DNA of 12,852 nucleotides from Azolla caroliniana. Taxonomy: Eukaryota; Plantae; Polypodiophyta. The position numbers and the translations under genes were made by a program. The notes under the pieces were generated by a model, which saw only the letters and a list, made by a program, of their open reading frames with translations, searched no databases and was not told where the DNA came from. The stretch lies in contig JBHGNT010001024.1 of assembly GCA_043228905.1 (NCBI GenBank), positions 1 through 12,852 on the forward strand. Reading direction: 5' to 3'. Below, piece by piece: positions 8,939-12,852 of this stretch (its first letter is position 1; the number at the start of each line of letters is the position of its first letter).

Positions 8939-8950
8939 TTCTTGGCCCCT

Positions 8951-11886
8951 TCATTGTTTACCCAAATTGTCCAAATTACTTTGTTCCAGAATTTCCACTT
9001 GTTCTTCCGGTTGTGGTTGCTGCGGCTGTGCTTGCTGCTGCTGCTGTGGTTGCGGTCGGGACTGAGGCTGCTCCGGCTGCTCTGCTTGCTGCTGCTGCTC
9101 CGTTTGTTTCTCTGACTCCGGCTGCTCCGTTTGTCTCTCTGACTCCGGCATCTCCGTTTGACTGCTTCCGGTCCGGTCTCCTTCCAGTAACGGTTCCTCA
9201 TCACTAAGGTTGACCGTAACCGGTTCCCGTGATTTCTCTTCCCGGATCCGGGACCTCTCATAGCTTTCAAACTGGATCTGCGCCTCCAGCCTATCGTCGT
9301 CCAGCTGAGCTACAAGTTGCCGGACTTGCTCTAGTTGGTCCTCCGCCAAGGCTTGAAAGTCTTCGGCCAGCTCATCTCTTATGCCGGTGAAGTCTTCGGA
9401 ATTCAGCATATAGCAATCATCTCCCTCCTTCCGCCGGTTCTCAACGTCGGCCCGGAGCAATTGGAGTTCCGCCGCGTTCGTGGCCCACTTGGTCCACCAT
9501 TTGACGGACCCGTTGTCAATCAAGCTCTTGGTCTGGTTCAACCAGGCCCGCATGATATCCTGGATGCGACTTGCTCCCATTTGTGCTCTGCTTTCCACCA
9601 CTTGTCGCTCCTCCTTCAACTGCTTGATGAGATTTGCCGTATCCTCCGCCTACTCTCTGTAGCACGTCAGCTGCCCTTGATATGTCGTTTGCAGCCTCTG
9701 CAGTACCTCCGCCGCTCTTTCTTTTTCCGCCTGCTGTTGCCTGAGGAGCTCTGTCCGAACCTTCTCCGCCTCTTCCAACCGTCTTCTGGTTTCCGCTTGT
9801 TCCTTGGCGAATGCGATTGCGGTCTGATCAACTGCTTGCCGGAGCTCATCCGTCCGTTGTGCTCCGTTTGCAACCGTTTATACTCTCGGTGCAATTGCTC
9901 AAATTCCTCTGTTTTTTGTTTGAGCTTGCCGTTGATCTGGCGATGGTTCCGGTCTTCCCGGTCCTTTACCTGCCGGAGTTCCTCTTTCAGGCGCTCTACT
10001 TCTGTTTCGGCGTTCCTTCGGAGCCTGTCCTTCTCTTGCAGCATTTTCTCCTTCTCCTCCTTGAGCCGGTCGTACGCTTGGTGGCCTTTCCGTAAGCTCT
10101 CCTCGGCCCGGCGTAGGTTCTCAGCAGTCTTTTTGAGTTCTGCCTCCGCTGCCGTCTTCAATTCTCTTTCGCGGCTCCTCAGCGCTTCTTGGGCAGCTAG
10201 CTCATCCTTTAAATCCGCAAGCTCTTGGGCTTGTGCCGCATTTCTCTCCGGAACGGTTTCCGTTGCCAGGGTCTGATTGCTATGTACAGGTTGATCTGCC
10301 GCTTTATTCTGTACATTGCCCGGAGTCACCGGTGCTTGGACTTGTGTTGTCAAAGCCAATTGAGCCATTTCCCTTGTGACCTTGTCCAAGTCTTGTTCAA
10401 GGCTCCGGATTCTGGACCGGGCCGTCTCTAGATCTACGGTTGTGACGAGCAACCGTTCGTTGTGCGCTCTCTCCTCCGCCTCTATGTACTCGACCGCTCC
10501 GGCGATCTGCTCGCCTACCCACCGTAGCCACATGCTACTGGTGCCTTGCTGCTGTACTGGTCCTACTCCTTGGCCGCCGTGTGTGCTGGCTGGGCTCGCC
10601 GGCTGTTGAGTTCCGGTTCTCGCCGTCTCTGGAGCCGTTGGAATGACTTCTTCTATAGAAGCCGTCGAGGCCGGTTCCATACGCACCGGTTCTGGTTCCT
10701 CCCTTGTGGTTTGCTCAGGTTGAGTTGGGGGCGTTTCTTCCTCTTGCGGGCACGAACGCTCCCCCGCTGTCCCGGCGGTCCTACTTCTTGACCGTCGTTG
10801 GAGGTGCTCTTCTGGCTCCTCCGTTTCCTCTTCCTGGGTAACGGCCTGTTTCTGTGCCGTCAAGGGTTCCGGTTCCTTCTGTCCCGGTCGCCGTATGGTT
10901 ATCTTAACGGGTCGGACCGGTGACACCTCCTCCAGTTCTGAGAGCCGTTTCTTCCCTTTCGTCACCTTCGACGCCAGCAGCTGCTGTCGTTTGGACGCCG
11001 GCTTCGAGGTGCTTCCTTCCGATACTCTTGGCCGCTTCTTTGGCTGGACGGTCTCGACCGGCGGCACGAGCAATGTTATCCACTGAGCTACGGCGTGCCA
11101 CAGCTTCCGGCCCTCCTTGCCGTCCTTTCCTCGTACCATGTCGATTGCCGTGCACAAACCGTCTGCAATCAACACCGGCCAGTCCACCTTGATCCCTTCA
11201 TAGGTGGCTATGATCATCCCTGCCCGATTTTTTGGCATGACAGGGGGTCGGGGGTACACGTGGCCGTACTCATGGAGCACTCGAGCTATCTCCCTGAATA
11301 GCGGATCTTCGCCGCCCTGCGTCCGATAGCCTTTGCCGGCAACAGAGTACTCACCGAAATATCGGATGAGTTGCTCCGAGGTTGGGTTATCGATCTGGAA
11401 GATACCTCCCTCCGGAAGGCCTGTTAGCGCACGGATCGCTTCCTCGGTGATGACCTCTGTGGCGAGCTCCTTGATGACTCGGTCGGCTTCTCTGTGCGGC
11501 GGTGCCTCCATGATGGCCAAGAACCCCTCCAGTCTGTGTTGCCTGAACCATTTCCTGGCCGCTTCCGACAGCGTTTGTGGTTCCATGTCTGCCTCGAGGT
11601 CGAGGGAAGATGGCGAGGTAGAGTGGTGATGAGAGTGAGAGCGAGAGAGAGAGCGTTCCGGACGTGGGGGTTCTCTGCGTGCAGGTTCGCGTTTGCTCAG
11701 CTTCCACTGCCTTGGTGCTTTTGTGCTTCTTGGCTCGCGAAATGAAAAGGTCTCCATGCGTTCTGCTTCTTCTTTGTGCGTTTTGGCGCCTTTTTCGAGC
11801 ATGCACACGTCGTGTACCAATTTAGTATTAAGTAGCGTGGCGGCTCTTAAATGCCCACTTCGTACCTTTTCGCTCCTTGCTTTCAC
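8951..11886 (-). pseudogene. Extra 3' ORF of element B (~950-980 codons when repaired): plant-transposon-protein-like domain, disordered linker, long coiled coil, Q/P/E-rich tail
   Basis: ORFs 9667-11886 and 8951-9619 join through one frameshift near 9860 (other frame reads QRTDELRQAVDQTAIAFAKEQAETRRRLEE...) and one TAG at 9650-9652. Motifs ITEEAIRALTGLPEGG and GIKVDWPVLI. Confidence 0.75.
9098..9160. repeat. 27-bp tandem repeat (2.3 copies) next to CAG-rich low-complexity sequence in the ORF tail
   Basis: CTCCGTTTGTYTCTCTGACTCCGGC at 9098 and 9125, partial at 9152; encodes PESE(R/K)QTEQ. Confidence 0.8.
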
Positions 11887-11972
11887 GTCCGTTCACACCT
11901 CGATTTTTAATGATTTCTTTCTTTTTCTTTTTCTTTTTTTATTTTTTTTTATTTAAATGACGGTATGTGACC

Positions 11973-12852
11973 TTACACATCCGTAGGTCCCTTCGGACCC
12001 TTACCGTTTTCCTTACGGGTTGCCGTGTCTTCTTTCACCTCTGCTACGGGTTCCCCGTTGTCTTTTTCTTCCATCCGTACCGTTCCCGGTATAGTGCCGG
12101 TGATCTGCATAAACGGGTTCTTTGGCATCGGTCCTTTATAGGGCTTTAGTCTAAATCCGTTCATCCACTTGCCTAGTACTTCACCGGCAAGTGTCCCTAT
12201 CTAATAGGACCCGTTGTATTCCCGTGTCAGCCAATACGGGCCTGTCCATCTGAACCGGAGTTTACCCGGCATCTTGCCCATCCTTGTTTGGAATACTAGA
12301 ACCGGTTTTCCGATTTCGAACATCTTTTCGTTACCTTTCCGGTGACGGTCAACGAACGCTTTCCGTCGTCGTTGCTCCAGTTCCATGTGTAGGATGCTGG
12401 CCAGCCGTTGCTCCTCCAGTTCGCATAGTGCTGCTAGCCGCATTTCTTCCGACTTCTTTTCATTCAGCCGTTCCCGTAGTTGGATCCGTAAGCTTGGTAC
12501 CTGAAATTCCACCGGCATGACCGCTTCTAAGCCGAATGCTAACCGGAACGGCGTTGTCCGGATACTTGTTTTGTATGCCGTTCGGTACGCCCATAGCGCG
12601 CTATGGAGCTTTGTATCCCAGTCCGTCCGGTTTTCATTGACGATTTTGCGGAGAATGTTCTGCAGCGTTTTGTTGGTGGACTCTGCTAACCCGTTCGCTT
12701 GTGGGTAGTACGGTGTGCTCCGTTTATGGACCATGGCATAGAACGTTGTTAAGCTTTCCACTACCTGGCCGAGGAAGTGCCCTCCTTGGTCGCTGATTAA
12801 TTCAATCGGACATCCATATCGGCACCAAATGTTCTCGTACAGGAATTTTGCT
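11973..12852 (-). pseudogene. pol: Gypsy pol C-terminus: integrase core and GPY/F module, one premature stop
   Basis: RYGCPIELISDQGGHF...STPYYPQANGLAESTNK...LWAYRTAYKTSIRTTPFRLAFG...KLRFRWTGPY...SY*IGTLAGEVLGKWMNGFRLKPY. The TAG at 12201-12203 is in frame with ORF 11973-12164. Confidence 0.92.

Larger units (their letters stand above)
8480..12852 (-). mobile_element. Element B: 3' part of a non-chromovirus Ty3/gypsy (Athila/Tat-like) retrotransposon, runs off the window
   Basis: Integrase is the last pol domain, with a GPY/F module and no chromodomain. It is followed by a long same-strand extra ORF and an LTR. Confidence 0.9.

Noticed and set aside
9335-10276. 313-aa + strand ORF and other + strand ORFs in 8874-12708
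   Set aside because: Antisense shadows of B's coiled-coil ORF and integrase.

Overview
Plant-type nested LTR-retrotransposon cluster; no host genes seen. Three elements are present. C: an old, decayed Ty1/copia element (tRNA-iMet PBS) split in two, with its LTR remnant-gag-PR-IN-RT part on + (4648-8479) and its RNase H end on - (1-1044). A: a young, complete non-coding LTR element on + (1045-4647) whose two 513-bp LTRs differ at 2 positions by eye. B: the 3' part of a non-chromovirus Ty3/gypsy (Athila/Tat-like) element on - (8480 to beyond 12852) with integrase, a large extra 3' ORF and a 419-bp LTR. Two things stand out. (1) A and B have no polypurine tract next to the 3' LTR. Both instead carry a conserved 38-nt motif resembling a tRNA-Arg 3' end that ends in CCA, i.e. 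a second PBS on the opposite strand, split by a small hairpin with a compensatory change. This suggests plus-strand priming by a second tRNA. (2) The 3.8-kb copia segment between A and B is inverted exactly at their LTR termini, and the 5-bp target-site duplication GCCGT/ACGGC is shared between A's 5' end and B's 3' end. This fits cross-ended co-integration of two different cDNAs. All comparisons were made by eye and tRNA identities are from recall.
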